This document shows positions 54,225-64,000 of a stretch of DNA of 64,000 nt, piece by piece. The notes under the pieces are model-generated. The model ran no database searches. It had not been told where the DNA came from and saw only the letters and a program-made list of their open reading frames with translations. Position numbers and translations under genes: made by a program. Every line of letters begins with the position of its first letter. Within the stretch, counting starts at the first letter, position 1. Source of the stretch: a virus (taxonomy: Duplodnaviria > Caudoviricetes); IMG/VR virus record IMGVR_UViG_3300031134_000001, positions 64,001-128,000 of that record. One strand, given 5' to 3'.

Positions 54225-57164
54225 TTACGACGTAATTACTTTGCGGAACGAGATCGTCACATCTTCCTCCGCCGCTAACGTACCGTCAGCCAGTGCCACC
54301 AAACGCTTACGGATAGACAAGCGATCCGTATCGTCAGCCACAGTGACCACCGAGTAGTTCTCAGCACCACCCAAGCCCGTGATCTGGATAGACACCACGT
54401 CGGAGCCATACGCTTGACGCAGGTTGTCCACGATTTCGGAAGTCGACACGGTCTTGTGTTTAAGTGCTTCAGAGAGCACCGACACCGTGGTTTCTTCCAG
54501 ACGCCCTTTCAAGTTCGGGTTGTCGTAGACTTGCTTGGAGACGCCGAGCGTCACGTTAAACGCTTGACCAGCTGGGATGTTGGTTCGCGCTTCATCCAGA
54601 ATGAACACGCTGATCATGCCGTTCGTGGTCTTCGGATAGAAGTAGATCCGGGTCTTGTCCAAGAGCGCACCCTTGAAGGTTTCCAGATCATTGGCAATCC
54701 ACTTAACCAGCGCATTGGTCAGTGCCGTACGGTAGGTCGCTGTGGTGGTATCAGTAGCGAACCAATACACACCCTCGATCAACATTAGATCGATTTGACG
54801 CAACATGCCGCGTGGGTTGGCTTGGATGAGTTGGCCGCTACTGTCGCGCTTGAAGTCACCTTTGCGATACCGATACGTAGGTTTGCCATCGCTACCCAGA
54901 ATCGGATCACCCTTGTGATGCAATGTCGTGTAGACCAGAGCGCCATCCACGATCTTGAGCTTCGTGCCATCGGCGTTATACTGGTAGACTTCTTCAGTAT
55001 AGAAAGCTGGTTGGTCTTCTTCCCAAGCTTCATACACAATCGACGATACCACTGAGCGAGCGCGAGTCCAGAGCATGTCAAGCGCTTCACCAAACTTCAG
55101 CTTGATGCGCTCGTGGTTAATACCCGCCACTTGGTTAGGCAGCAAATGGTGACCGACGTAGTCGTCCACTTGATTGGCGATCCAACGACCCGACAAAATC
55201 GCCGATGTGGAATACACCAGATCGAACGAATTAAGCAGTGGCGACTTGGTGATCCGCGCTTCCGAGTTGTACATGGTGAACTTGGTCAAGTCCAGCATGT
55301 TGTTGGCGTCAACGTTAAACGTGGTGCCCAGGTTAAAGTCAAACACCCGTTCATCCGTCTCTGTCTTACCAACTAACACACCGTTCAGGTAAGCGCGGTC
55401 ACGCTCGCCAAATGGGATGTAAGCCAGTTGCGCAAACACTTGGTTATCTGGAATTGCCTTGTACGTCTCATCCGAACGCGACACCACCCGCAGCGTGTAA
55501 CCGCCGGCAGTACGCAGCAGCGCGTACGTGGCAGTACCAACCAACATCATCGTGGTGTCGTTTTGTTTCACGAACACTTTTGATTCTGCTTCCGGATCAT
55601 TCAAGTAGTAAGGACGAATCTCGAACGCGTTGTTGGTGGTGTCAACAACGTAGTGGAACGGTGTGGTCAGGAAATTACCCACGGTCACTTCCAGCGCCCG
55701 CTTGTCTGGCGGCAGAGCCAGCAGACGTTTGATTTCTGCTTCTTTGACAGGCCGGGTAACGCCGTCAACGATCTGGTAAACCGTCTCTGGTGTGATGGTT
55801 AAGCTTGCGCCGTTGTCCACCACAGTCGACAATCCCGCTAGGGCCTCTGTAGAGATCGTCAGCGTCTCGATCGAGGCCGCAGCCGCCGTGAGTAGCTTGT
55901 TGACCGCGGACGTCGCGTTGGTGGCTTTAACGAGCTCAGGCGAGGGCATCTCCCGCGTGGCCAGATACACCCGGTTCGTCACGTTGTCCACGTTCTTGAC
56001 AACATCGTAACCAGCATTGCGGATTTGGGTCTCCAACTGCGCTGGCGTGATCGGTTCACGGATGGTGCCAGTGGCGTTGTTAATCACGTTGGTGCGCAGC
56101 GTCGCCATGTCCATTTCGTTCTTACCGCCAATCACGGTGTCGTTCGAATACACAGCCACGTTCATGTTCGGTAGCGCCGCCGAGAAGGGATTGCCTTCTT
56201 CGTTGGAGTCAAACGTTTTCCACGTCACGCTCACCGCATCACCCCGGTAGTCAACCAATGGCAAGTTGACTTGGCCTTTGGTCTGATACAGGTCCACCCG
56301 GATGGTGGAATAGAGCTGACCGGTCGTGACGTAGATCTGTGGAATCTTCACCGCCAAGAAACCATTTAACACACGCAGCACCGCGGTTGGACGCTTAACG
56401 TCATACACGCTTTCGGCATGCGTGGTCAAGAGTTCTTCCCAAGCGCCTGTGCGGGTGTTCTTGTGGTAGACCCGTGCGTAGTAGAACTGGTCAGCGATCT
56501 CCATGGTCATGATGAGATCTTTGGCCCGGCTCAACGGCGTGTGCATGGACCGGATACTGAACTGCGTGGTAGGCACATCGAACTTGACGTATTCTTCGTA
56601 CAGACCATCTTCTAAGATTTCGTAGTCGATGGTGTTACTCTCCAGGGCCTGGAGAGGTGAGACGACGTCGTTGTCGTAGGTGATTTGCAAACCACCGTGC
56701 GCCAGTTGCCGGATCTCGATTGGGTATTGCAAGCTGAATGTATAGACATCGGCAGTGAAATACGTGTTGCGAGGAATGACCAACTTCTTGTAGCCAGTCT
56801 CCGGTTCGATGCGCATGGCGTGTAGCAACTCGCTCTTGTTAAAGCGCAGGCTAAAGAGCGCTGTGGCTGGAATCGAGAAGCGGTTGATGTAGTCCTTATC
56901 GGACATGTGCAGATACAAGTCTTCTTGCGTCTGCGACAGCGAAGGATAACGCCGACGACTTTCAGCTGCGTGCTGCTGCATGAACGCAGCCGTCTCGTAG
57001 GCTGACGATGACAACGCTTGCACAAATGGCGAGGTTGCATCAAACACTTGTTGTTCGCCGTTGTTGATCTCGGTTAACGCTTGCACCACCACACGCTGCA
57101 AAGCGCTTGGGTTAAAGCGAAAACTACTGATATCATCAATCAGCTTTTGGGAAGCCAAAGTCAT
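54225..57164 (-). CDS. large baseplate wedge-like structural protein (phiKZ gp87-like, 979 aa)
   Basis: Beta-rich; segments such as DYINRFSIPATALFSL and IGGKNEMDMATLR resemble baseplate J/gp6-type proteins; synteny. Confidence 0.65.
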   Translation of the reverse strand: MTLASQKLIDDISSFRFNPSALQRVVVQALTEINNGEQQVFDATSPFVQALSSSAYETAAFMQQHAAESRRRYPSLSQTQEDLYLHMSDKDYINRFSIPATALFSLRFNKSELLHAMRIEPETGYKKLVIPRNTYFTADVYTFSLQYPIEIRQLAHGGLQITYDNDVVSPLQALESNTIDYEILEDGLYEEYVKFDVPTTQFSIRSMHTPLSRAKDLIMTMEIADQFYYARVYHKNTRTGAWEELLTTHAESVYDVKRPTAVLRVLNGFLAVKIPQIYVTTGQLYSTIRVDLYQTKGQVNLPLVDYRGDAVSVTWKTFDSNEEGNPFSAALPNMNVAVYSNDTVIGGKNEMDMATLRTNVINNATGTIREPITPAQLETQIRNAGYDVVKNVDNVTNRVYLATREMPSPELVKATNATSAVNKLLTAAAASIETLTISTEALAGLSTVVDNGASLTITPETVYQIVDGVTRPVKEAEIKRLLALPPDKRALEVTVGNFLTTPFHYVVDTTNNAFEIRPYYLNDPEAESKVFVKQNDTTMMLVGTATYALLRTAGGYTLRVVSRSDETYKAIPDNQVFAQLAYIPFGERDRAYLNGVLVGKTETDERVFDFNLGTTFNVDANNMLDLTKFTMYNSEARITKSPLLNSFDLVYSTSAILSGRWIANQVDDYVGHHLLPNQVAGINHERIKLKFGEALDMLWTRARSVVSSIVYEAWEEDQPAFYTEEVYQYNADGTKLKIVDGALVYTTLHHKGDPILGSDGKPTYRYRKGDFKRDSSGQLIQANPRGMLRQIDLMLIEGVYWFATDTTTATYRTALTNALVKWIANDLETFKGALLDKTRIYFYPKTTNGMISVFILDEARTNIPAGQAFNVTLGVSKQVYDNPNLKGRLEETTVSVLSEALKHKTVSTSEIVDNLRQAYGSDVVSIQITGLGGAENYSVVTVADDTDRLSIRKRLVALADGTLAAEEDVTISFRKVITS

Positions 57165-57167
57165 GGT

Positions 57168-58262
57168 TTATCCTTGCGGGTTCTTGAATTTTTGAATTAC
57201 CGAAGTGAGCTGCCGGTATTCGTCTTTGCGCACCCACCATTCGAGTTCGTACGTCTCTAAGTTAATGCGCGGATAACCGCGGTAGTTAAAGATGGGTAAC
57301 TCGGCGATGGGGATTTTCTGGAAGATCGTCTCACGTGTGCCGTCTGCCATGGCGGGGTTGAACCACTGTTCACTACACTGGTTAAACTCCCACATCAAAA
57401 TGTCGTCATGATACAAGGCGCCGGTATTGACAAAGTGCACACTCACTTGCTGCAGACCAGTGTTGACTTGACCTTCACCCACATCCGTCTCGTGGTTAAA
57501 CACAGCACCAGTTGGATTAGATACAGGAAAACCCCAACCGGTGGCGCCAATGCGCAGAACAAACTGCTTCTTTTCGTCTAAGACCAAACGATAGATGCGA
57601 GTGTCGTAATCCACCTCGTTTTCGAGGATGGCGTCGAAGTACGGCATGATGTCGTTGAAGTACACGCCCCGACCGTAAGTCTCCCAGTAAGAGAACAGCG
57701 CTGTGAGCGGGTCACCCGAGACGTTGCGGAAGTTCGCGGTTAAGTCCACGATCCGGTTAATCTCGTTGGTGCCGTCGTAAAGCGCGAACTGCTCTTGCCG
57801 GATACCAGCTTGCGAAGTCGAGTATTGCATCGCTTCGTCTGGCCAACCTGGCAAACTGATTAACAGGTTTGACAGCAGCGGAATGAACGGCATGCAAGGA
57901 TCGACGTACGGACTGGTGAAATCACCCTTCTTGTTACCAACTGGATCTAACCAGCATCGGATAATGCGTTGCAGCGAATCTTCGCGCGTCGATAGCATCG
58001 GCGCGAGCTTACGCATGATGCGCAAATTCTGGTCTGACAAGTTCATCCGTGGACGGGTGAAAAAGGTCAAACCAAATTGATCCTTATTAATTGGTATGAG
58101 ACTCGGCGCTTGCCTGTGGTTAATTCCACTGAAATTATCACCGATCGCCGTGGTGTGTAGTCCGGCTGGCGAGATCCGAAAAACGTCGTCAACCTCGGAA
58201 GATTTAGTCGGCGTGGCGCTATAGTCAACGTTCCGATAAACGTTAGAATTATCATCGGCCAT
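57168..58262 (-). CDS. tail/baseplate structural protein (phiKZ gp88-like, 364 aa)
   Basis: Beta-rich, tube-like; coupled to the baseplate gene; synteny. Confidence 0.6.
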   Translation of the reverse strand: MADDNSNVYRNVDYSATPTKSSEVDDVFRISPAGLHTTAIGDNFSGINHRQAPSLIPINKDQFGLTFFTRPRMNLSDQNLRIMRKLAPMLSTREDSLQRIIRCWLDPVGNKKGDFTSPYVDPCMPFIPLLSNLLISLPGWPDEAMQYSTSQAGIRQEQFALYDGTNEINRIVDLTANFRNVSGDPLTALFSYWETYGRGVYFNDIMPYFDAILENEVDYDTRIYRLVLDEKKQFVLRIGATGWGFPVSNPTGAVFNHETDVGEGQVNTGLQQVSVHFVNTGALYHDDILMWEFNQCSEQWFNPAMADGTRETIFQKIPIAELPIFNYRGYPRINLETYELEWWVRKDEYRQLTSVIQKFKNPQG

Positions 58263-58296
58263 TTAGAAACCCTTGTACGGAAAAAAGGAAAAAGTA

Positions 58297-59568
58297 ATGT
58301 ATAGCGATATCGTGGGTGGTGGACTTACTGTCCTCAACCAAGCAGGTAATTTACTGCGCAATGGAGCTGCTAGCGATTCGCTGGTGGACTTCACCAAAGT
58401 CGGTCGTGTCGAGCCAATCGTTCTGATCGAACAAAATGCCATGCACCTGGACTGCATCGGTGAAGTGCAACAATCGTTGCTGTCGATCTTCTCGGGCTAC
58501 TACCTGCAAGCTGCGTCGCTGATGAACACCATCGGCAATGTGCGTGTGCTGGAACGCCTGGATGCATTGAATCCAAACCGTAGTCCAGTCAACGCTGGTA
58601 TTTCGTCGTGGCTCGTGGCTTCCGAATCGTACGAACACGGCCTGCCATTCGGTAACAACACCCGTCTGCAAGTAGCTGTCGAATCGTTCGGCACCGGTCT
58701 GGGTGTGGGTTCTGGCGGCTCGGGCAGTGGTCAGAACAAAAAGACGCAGGGTCGTACTGGCTCCGGTCCAGCCGCAGGCGGCATGGGTGGCATGGGTGCA
58801 CAACAAGCCCCAGCCCCAGCCTCAGGCGCCGGCAGCATGATCGACACCATGGCTGACAAGAGCTACGGTCGCGCTGGTAGCGGTAACCCGCAATCGATCA
58901 GCAAAGACATCGGTCGCACCATGACTGAACTGGCCAACCTGTCGGTCGGTAAAGCATACGAGATCGTCATCAGCGATGGTCAGAGCAACGTGCCAGTGCA
59001 AATCAACATTCGCCTGATCGCTTCGGTCCTGCCGACTCCCGATCTTGTTCATATTTTAGCCACGGGTAGCGACGACACGTCGTTCAAAGAACGTTGGCAC
59101 GGTATGAAGTCGGGCAAGCTCGCGTTCTGGAAAGACCTCGTGTTCTGCAACGACCTGATCGACAAGCGCCGTAACGACCTGATGAAAGACAAGTCCGGCA
59201 CGCTGGGTAACCTCTCGCGCGCCGACCTGGGCAATACCATCACGTCGGTCATCACCGGCCAACCAACCATCGCGTCGTCCTCGGCCATGGTGGTCCTGAC
59301 CAAAGACAGCGCTGAAAGTCTGGAACTGCAACTGGAAGGTAAACTGTCGAAGTTCGACGTACGTCAACGCATGATGAAGAAGACCGCCCTGATGATCATG
59401 GCGATCGTCGATGAAGTCGACTACAACACCGTGACGTTCTACCACCGCAACATCGCCACGCCAACGACCATCCGCATCAAGGACCTGAAGGCATCGTCGA
59501 AGGGCAATGGCCCGGACATCGGCGAGATCTTGAAAGCGTTCATGGGCGGTCACGCTCCGGCCCTGTAA
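58297..59568 (+). CDS. internal head protein (phiKZ gp89-like, 423 aa)
   Basis: ATG 58297 after AAGGA; ASE|S and AVE|S sites flank a Gly-rich linker; synteny. Confidence 0.65.
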   Translation: MYSDIVGGGLTVLNQAGNLLRNGAASDSLVDFTKVGRVEPIVLIEQNAMHLDCIGEVQQSLLSIFSGYYLQAASLMNTIGNVRVLERLDALNPNRSPVNAGISSWLVASESYEHGLPFGNNTRLQVAVESFGTGLGVGSGGSGSGQNKKTQGRTGSGPAAGGMGGMGAQQAPAPASGAGSMIDTMADKSYGRAGSGNPQSISKDIGRTMTELANLSVGKAYEIVISDGQSNVPVQINIRLIASVLPTPDLVHILATGSDDTSFKERWHGMKSGKLAFWKDLVFCNDLIDKRRNDLMKDKSGTLGNLSRADLGNTITSVITGQPTIASSSAMVVLTKDSAESLELQLEGKLSKFDVRQRMMKKTALMIMAIVDEVDYNTVTFYHRNIATPTTIRIKDLKASSKGNGPDIGEILKAFMGGHAPAL

Positions 59569-59589
59569 TTTAACTGGACATCATTTACC

Positions 59590-60528
59590 ATGAAAATCAT
59601 TGACTTTTTCAAGTCGCTGCTGCCGAACTTCGCCAAGCAGACCGTGCTGGAAGATATCCGCACCACCAAGCTGATCATGACCACGGTCACGATGCCGGCT
59701 TACCAAGAAGGCATGCGCGTTTTCGGCGGACGCAAGTTCAGTAACGAAAGCCTGCAAAAGGATTGGGAAATCTATCGCCGCAATGTCAAGGGCGCTTCTG
59801 GCGCCAATACCATCGTCGCGGTCGAAAAGTCGTTCAAGGATGTACTGTCGACGCTCGACCTGCTGGAAACGCTGGTGGAGAAGGACTACAACGAAGACAT
59901 CGAAGGTTCGGGCGTGACGTACTACAAAGCGGCTGTCCTGCAAATGATCGAGTCGGTCAGCTTTGCCGTGGACTTCGCCACCAAGTACCTGAACTACGTT
60001 TACGTGGTCGAGTCGGCTTCGTTGTTCGACGACAACGGTGTGCATCGTGACGAAAACGGCGGCATTACGGTGGTTGATGAAATCAACGCGTCGATCGTGC
60101 CTGCGGAAGTGCGTTTCCTGCATGATCGCTTCATGGACTTCTGCACCGTGATGGATACGTTGTCCAAGCCAACCACGAAGATCAAAGAAAACTTCGAGGA
60201 AATCCCGGACATCACCATCACGCCGTCGGGCGACCGCGCCATCCAATCGACGATGGGTACTGCCCGCCTCGATCCGTTCCGCCACGGCTTCGTGCCGCTG
60301 GCCATGAATCCGATCTACCACATTCGTATGCAGGCTGCTGACTGGCAGCACTATCGCTACGAGCGTGCCAAGGCCGACAAAGAGATGCTGCAGCTGCGTA
60401 AGCTCAAGCTCGAACGTGACATGGCGAATAAGCCTGACGCCGCTATCGAACGCCAGATCGAATACACGCAAAAGCGTATCGAAGATCTGTCCACCCAGAT
60501 CCGGAAAGTCGAGGAGCAATATGCCTGA
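59590..60528 (+). CDS. internal head protein (phiKZ gp90-like, 312 aa)
   Basis: Biased codons; C-terminal coiled coil; synteny. Confidence 0.65.
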   Translation: MKIIDFFKSLLPNFAKQTVLEDIRTTKLIMTTVTMPAYQEGMRVFGGRKFSNESLQKDWEIYRRNVKGASGANTIVAVEKSFKDVLSTLDLLETLVEKDYNEDIEGSGVTYYKAAVLQMIESVSFAVDFATKYLNYVYVVESASLFDDNGVHRDENGGITVVDEINASIVPAEVRFLHDRFMDFCTVMDTLSKPTTKIKENFEEIPDITITPSGDRAIQSTMGTARLDPFRHGFVPLAMNPIYHIRMQAADWQHYRYERAKADKEMLQLRKLKLERDMANKPDAAIERQIEYTQKRIEDLSTQIRKVEEQYA

Positions 60529-61123
60529 TTTCGCCCCGGCCTATAAAGGCTACCGCGTCTATCCACGCGGCTTTCTGGGAGCGAACCTGGGTGAGCAAGT
60601 CAAACCTACGGAGCGTCCCTTCGCTGCGCAACTGCGTTCCCACACGTACCACCCGGCCTGGCTGAACGGTACGCCCAATCCGAAAGAAGTCAACCGCGCA
60701 ATCGATGGTCTGTGGCGCCATCTGAATGATGGCCCGAGCGTGCTCGATGCTGTGGAATACCGTGAGAAAGTATTGACGGTTGCCCTCAAGGCGTTTGGCA
60801 CCCCTGACTTCTATGAGTGGCTGAACGTTCAAATCAAAGGTCCGTCGACTGGCGATTTGCACATGCGCTTCTTGCAAGACACCTTGGAATTCATCGAGAC
60901 CGGCCACCGCAGCTTAAACCTGCATGCCTGGGCCGCGATGCTCTCCATGTCCAACATCACTCACGATGATGTGGACGAAGGCCAATTCAACTGGTTCTTC
61001 ATCACAACCGACAAGCGCCCAAAGAACATGAGCGTGCTCGATGTGGTGCAGCGCTGGTGCGGTCAGAATGGCGGATTTGCCGACATGATCCAAACTCTAC
61101 ACGTATTGTTTGGCGAAGTCTAA
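60521..61123 (+). CDS. putative virion protein (200 aa)
   Basis: ATG 60521 after GAGGAG (track start 60365 lies inside the upstream gene). Confidence 0.7.
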   Translation: MPDFAPAYKGYRVYPRGFLGANLGEQVKPTERPFAAQLRSHTYHPAWLNGTPNPKEVNRAIDGLWRHLNDGPSVLDAVEYREKVLTVALKAFGTPDFYEWLNVQIKGPSTGDLHMRFLQDTLEFIETGHRSLNLHAWAAMLSMSNITHDDVDEGQFNWFFITTDKRPKNMSVLDVVQRWCGQNGGFADMIQTLHVLFGEV

Positions 61124-61130
61124 TTATCCC

Positions 61131-61134
61131 TATG
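61131..61134 (+). promoter_or_regulatory. possible late (nvRNAP) promoter TATG
   Basis: TATGACTT upstream of a head gene; the same octamer lies upstream of the 50949 structural operon; TATG is the reported phiKZ late start motif. Confidence 0.4.
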
Positions 61135-61255
61135 ACTTACCTTGCGCTAACTTTGTAGATAGTATAGTAGCAAGGTAAGATGTCATTTCCTATTCCGCGC
61201 GGAATGAAGTAGTTATTTATTCAATCAATTAAACCCATTGCAATGGAGCATCAAA

Positions 61256-62671
61256 ATGCGTAACAGCCGTAACTATGGTATCGTCACCCGTCTGGCCATC
61301 GAAGGTCTGGAAGCCAATGCCGTCGCCCCAGGTGAAGAAGTCGCAGCAGAACCCGTCGAAGCCGGCGCGGACAGCCTCGAAGCCGAACTGGTCGAGATCA
61401 ACAGCGATGTCGTGAACATCGAAGTCACCGAAGAAACCACCGACAGCGCCGTCGAAGTCGTGGAAGAAATGGAAGAAGCCGCAGTCGCCCTGGAATCGAT
61501 CGCTGCCAACGGCGGCCTGGATCGCAACGGTGCGCGCGTCTGGAACCTGTACGCAGCTTCCCTGAACCGCCGCGTCGGTTTCGACGAAAACTACAAGCTC
61601 CTGTCGGTCGAATCGTTCGGCGGCACCGCTGACCGCGTCAGCACCACCCGCCTGGCTGCTGAATCGATCGCTGACAAAGCGAAAGAACTGTGGGGCAAGA
61701 TCGTGGAAATGTTCCGCGCCGCTGTCGCTGCTGTCGTCGCTGTCTGGAACCGCCTGTTCGACGGCGCCACCAAGCTCAAGGCTCGCGCCGAGAAGCTGGC
61801 CAAGGCCGCTAGCGACATCAAAGCTGACGACAAGCAAGCCACGTTCGAAAACCAGAAGCTGGCCGAAAACCTGCACATCGGCGGCACCGTCGACGCGAAG
61901 AAAGCTGCTGCTGCCATCGTCGCCGAAACCGTCATGCTGAGCGCCATCACCAAAGCCTCGATCCAGTTCGCCGGCCAAGCCACCTCGATGATCGAATCGG
62001 GCGACCTGGGCATGCTGACCCAACTGACCCAAACCATCCACGGCGCCGCCAACAGCGGCTTCACCAAAGTGGCTGACGCTGCTTCGGTCGGCATGGGTGC
62101 TGCTGGCGAAGGTCTGGAACTGATGCGCGGTGAAGAACTGCCAGGTAACAAGGCCGTGATCGCCTTCGTCCCAACCGCTGGCGCCAAGCCAGAAGCCCTG
62201 GGCCGCGTCGGCTACAAGCTCGGCACCTTCGATGCGTCGAAGAAAGTCGCTGACAAGTCGCAACTGCCGACCCTGTCGAAAGAAGACGTCATCGCTGTCG
62301 CCAAGACCATCGGCCAAGCTGCTGACCATCTGCTGTCGTACAAGTCGGCACAGAAAGAAGCCGAAGCTGCTGCGAAGAAAGTCATCGCCCTGGCCGAGCA
62401 GAAAGCCAAAGAAACCGCACGTGCTTCGACCGGCGAAGGCGCAGTCAACGCAGTCAAAGGCGCCGGCAAGGCCCTGATGGCTGGTTCGGATGAGCGCGCC
62501 ATCGCCAAAGGCGCCATGAACGCCGTGGTCAGCGCCGCGCCTCCACTGGCCGGCTTCGCACTGAACGCTGGTGGTTACGTCCTGCAATACGGCGAGCAAT
62601 CGCTGAAGCAGTACGGCGCCGCCAAGAAGGAAGAAAAGCCAGCAGCTGAGCCTGCCAAGGCAGCCGCTTAA
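61256..62671 (+). CDS. abundant internal head protein, phiKZ gp93-like family (471 aa)
   Basis: ATG 61256 after GGAG; acidic propeptide with AIE|G, ALE|S and AAE|S sites, then an amphipathic helix; extreme codon bias. Confidence 0.75.
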   Translation: MRNSRNYGIVTRLAIEGLEANAVAPGEEVAAEPVEAGADSLEAELVEINSDVVNIEVTEETTDSAVEVVEEMEEAAVALESIAANGGLDRNGARVWNLYAASLNRRVGFDENYKLLSVESFGGTADRVSTTRLAAESIADKAKELWGKIVEMFRAAVAAVVAVWNRLFDGATKLKARAEKLAKAASDIKADDKQATFENQKLAENLHIGGTVDAKKAAAAIVAETVMLSAITKASIQFAGQATSMIESGDLGMLTQLTQTIHGAANSGFTKVADAASVGMGAAGEGLELMRGEELPGNKAVIAFVPTAGAKPEALGRVGYKLGTFDASKKVADKSQLPTLSKEDVIAVAKTIGQAADHLLSYKSAQKEAEAAAKKVIALAEQKAKETARASTGEGAVNAVKGAGKALMAGSDERAIAKGAMNAVVSAAPPLAGFALNAGGYVLQYGEQSLKQYGAAKKEEKPAAEPAKAAA

Positions 62672-62680
62672 TTAACGGCT

Positions 62681-62739
62681 AAGTAGTATCCCCTTCACTC
62701 TCGGCAGCATGGAGGGTGAAGGGGATTACTTCTTTTTTT
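62681..62739 (+). terminator. intrinsic terminator
   Basis: AAGTAGTATCCCCTTCACTCTC...GGAGGGTGAAGGGGATTACTT followed by CT7. Confidence 0.8.
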
Positions 62740-62774
62740 CCATCATCCGAACAAATTCACGTAAAGGTACTGTG

Positions 62775-64000
62775 ATGCGTCGCTATCAACTGAACAAAGA
62801 CGTTGCTGTCAAAGTCGCTGCTAAGCCAGCGAACGAAGGCATCGACGTCACCCTCGCCATCGAGAACATGACGATCGACCAAGTCCTGGTCAATCGCTAC
62901 GTGCCATCGCTGGAAGAAGAAATCGTCGATCTGCAAGAAGCGGATCAACTGCAAGCGCAAGCTGACGCCGACGTGGCTGAAACCACCCGCGTGGAAGACG
63001 TCACCGACGTCATGCTGAACGTTGCAGACACACTCGACACCGTCGAAGAAATCACCCCGCAACAAGCCATGCTGACCGACACCGTGTCGGAAATGGCTGT
63101 GGCTGGTACGGATGGCGATCCTGACGACGTGATCCCGTCGGCCGCTGACGTGACCGAAGGCAAGATCTCGCTCGAATCGTTCGTCGAAGACATCCGCAAA
63201 CGCGCCGCCGAAATCTGGGCCCGCATTCGCCAGTTCTGCCTGGAAATCTGGAACACCATCAAGGAGTTCTTCAACCGCATCTTCCACGCTGCGCCGCGCC
63301 TGCTGGCTCGCGTCAAGGAACTGCGTAGCGCCGTCGAAGCCAAGAAGAAAGGCAACCTCGCGCCAACCGCCGGGTTCGTCGTACCGCTGATGGGCGCCAA
63401 CTCGGTGTCGTATCCAGGCTACATGGTGCGCAACCAATCCGAACTGGCCAAGGGTCTGTCCCAGCTGGAAGGTCTGGCCAAGTACGCTTACGGCAACTAC
63501 CTCAAAGACTGCAAGTCGATGGGTGAGTTCGTCGCTGGCGAACTGAAGAAGTTCGATGTCAAGAACCCAGCTGAACACCTGAAGAACGTTGCCCAAACCG
63601 TGCAACGCAACAACTTCACCAACTGGCCTGGCAATCCGCCAACCGGTTACATGGGCTGCTTCGACGTCATCCCATCCAAGCTCGACAAGAACAAGACCAA
63701 GGACTTGTCGCACGCACAGATCGTCTCGGCGCTGCGTAGCTCGGGCATGCGTCTGCAAGCGCGTCACGGCAGTGCTGCACTGGTTAACACCAAGAACCAG
63801 TTCACCACCATGGACTTCCCGCAAATGGAATCCACGCTCAAGCAAGTCGAGAGCCTGGTCAAGCTGATCGTCGGTTTCGAATCGTCGGCTGACAGCAAGT
63901 CCCTGGAAAAGGTCCGTCAAGACCTGATCAGCGGTGGCGACCATGCTTCGGCTGAAGTCGGCAAGATCAACGTCACAGCTGGCGGCACCGACGCCATGAG
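62775..64000 (+). CDS. internal head protein, gp93-like paralog; 3'-truncated by the window edge (not in track)
   Basis: ATG 62775 after AAAGGT; starts MRRYQLNKDVAVK; contains EMAVAGTD and ISLE|S, then an amphipathic helix; open to the window end. Confidence 0.8.
   Translation, partial: MRRYQLNKDVAVKVAAKPANEGIDVTLAIENMTIDQVLVNRYVPSLEEEIVDLQEADQLQAQADADVAETTRVEDVTDVMLNVADTLDTVEEITPQQAMLTDTVSEMAVAGTDGDPDDVIPSAADVTEGKISLESFVEDIRKRAAEIWARIRQFCLEIWNTIKEFFNRIFHAAPRLLARVKELRSAVEAKKKGNLAPTAGFVVPLMGANSVSYPGYMVRNQSELAKGLSQLEGLAKYAYGNYLKDCKSMGEFVAGELKKFDVKNPAEHLKNVAQTVQRNNFTNWPGNPPTGYMGCFDVIPSKLDKNKTKDLSHAQIVSALRSSGMRLQARHGSAALVNTKNQFTTMDFPQMESTLKQVESLVKLIVGFESSADSKSLEKVRQDLISGGDHASAEVGKINVTAGGTDAM

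Noticed and set aside
1-64000. CRISPR arrays, tRNA genes, integrase or transposase
   Set aside because: No regularly spaced direct repeats, cloverleaf with T-loop and CCA, or recombinase motifs were seen by eye.
1-64000. Assigning a specific phage or host
   Set aside because: Codon usage suggests a moderately GC-rich proteobacterial host, but species-level identity cannot be supported without a database search.

Overview
This window is a 64 kb segment of a phiKZ-like, nucleus-forming jumbo phage genome (Chimalliviridae). Gene order follows phiKZ from roughly gp32 to gp93-97. From left to right it holds: an early cluster of small amphipathic or membrane proteins; PhuZ tubulin; the polymerase half of a split family-B DNA polymerase; chimallin; four non-virion RNAP subunits (gp55-, gp68-, gp71-73- and gp74-like); an SbcD-like nuclease; a probable PicA/Imp1; an SF2 helicase; a macrodomain protein; a virion RNAP beta' fragment; the exonuclease half of the polymerase; and baseplate and inner-head genes. 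I found no tRNA, CRISPR array, intron or intein. The strongest unexplained signals are: (1) a ~720-nt highly base-paired non-coding region after phuZ; (2) a ~320-nt 5'-3' closed structured RNA carrying a 31-aa transmembrane ORF upstream of the DNA polymerase; (3) a T-TTT-TTC slippery site that would fuse two minus-strand genes by a -1 frameshift; (4) an apparent ATC start codon for the nvRNAP beta' subunit; (5) repeated CATA-hairpin-TATG elements between genes; (6) an SSB-type acidic tail on the gene upstream of the gp68/PicA operon. phiKZ gene numbers come from recalled motifs and synteny, not from a database search. All base-pairing was read by eye.
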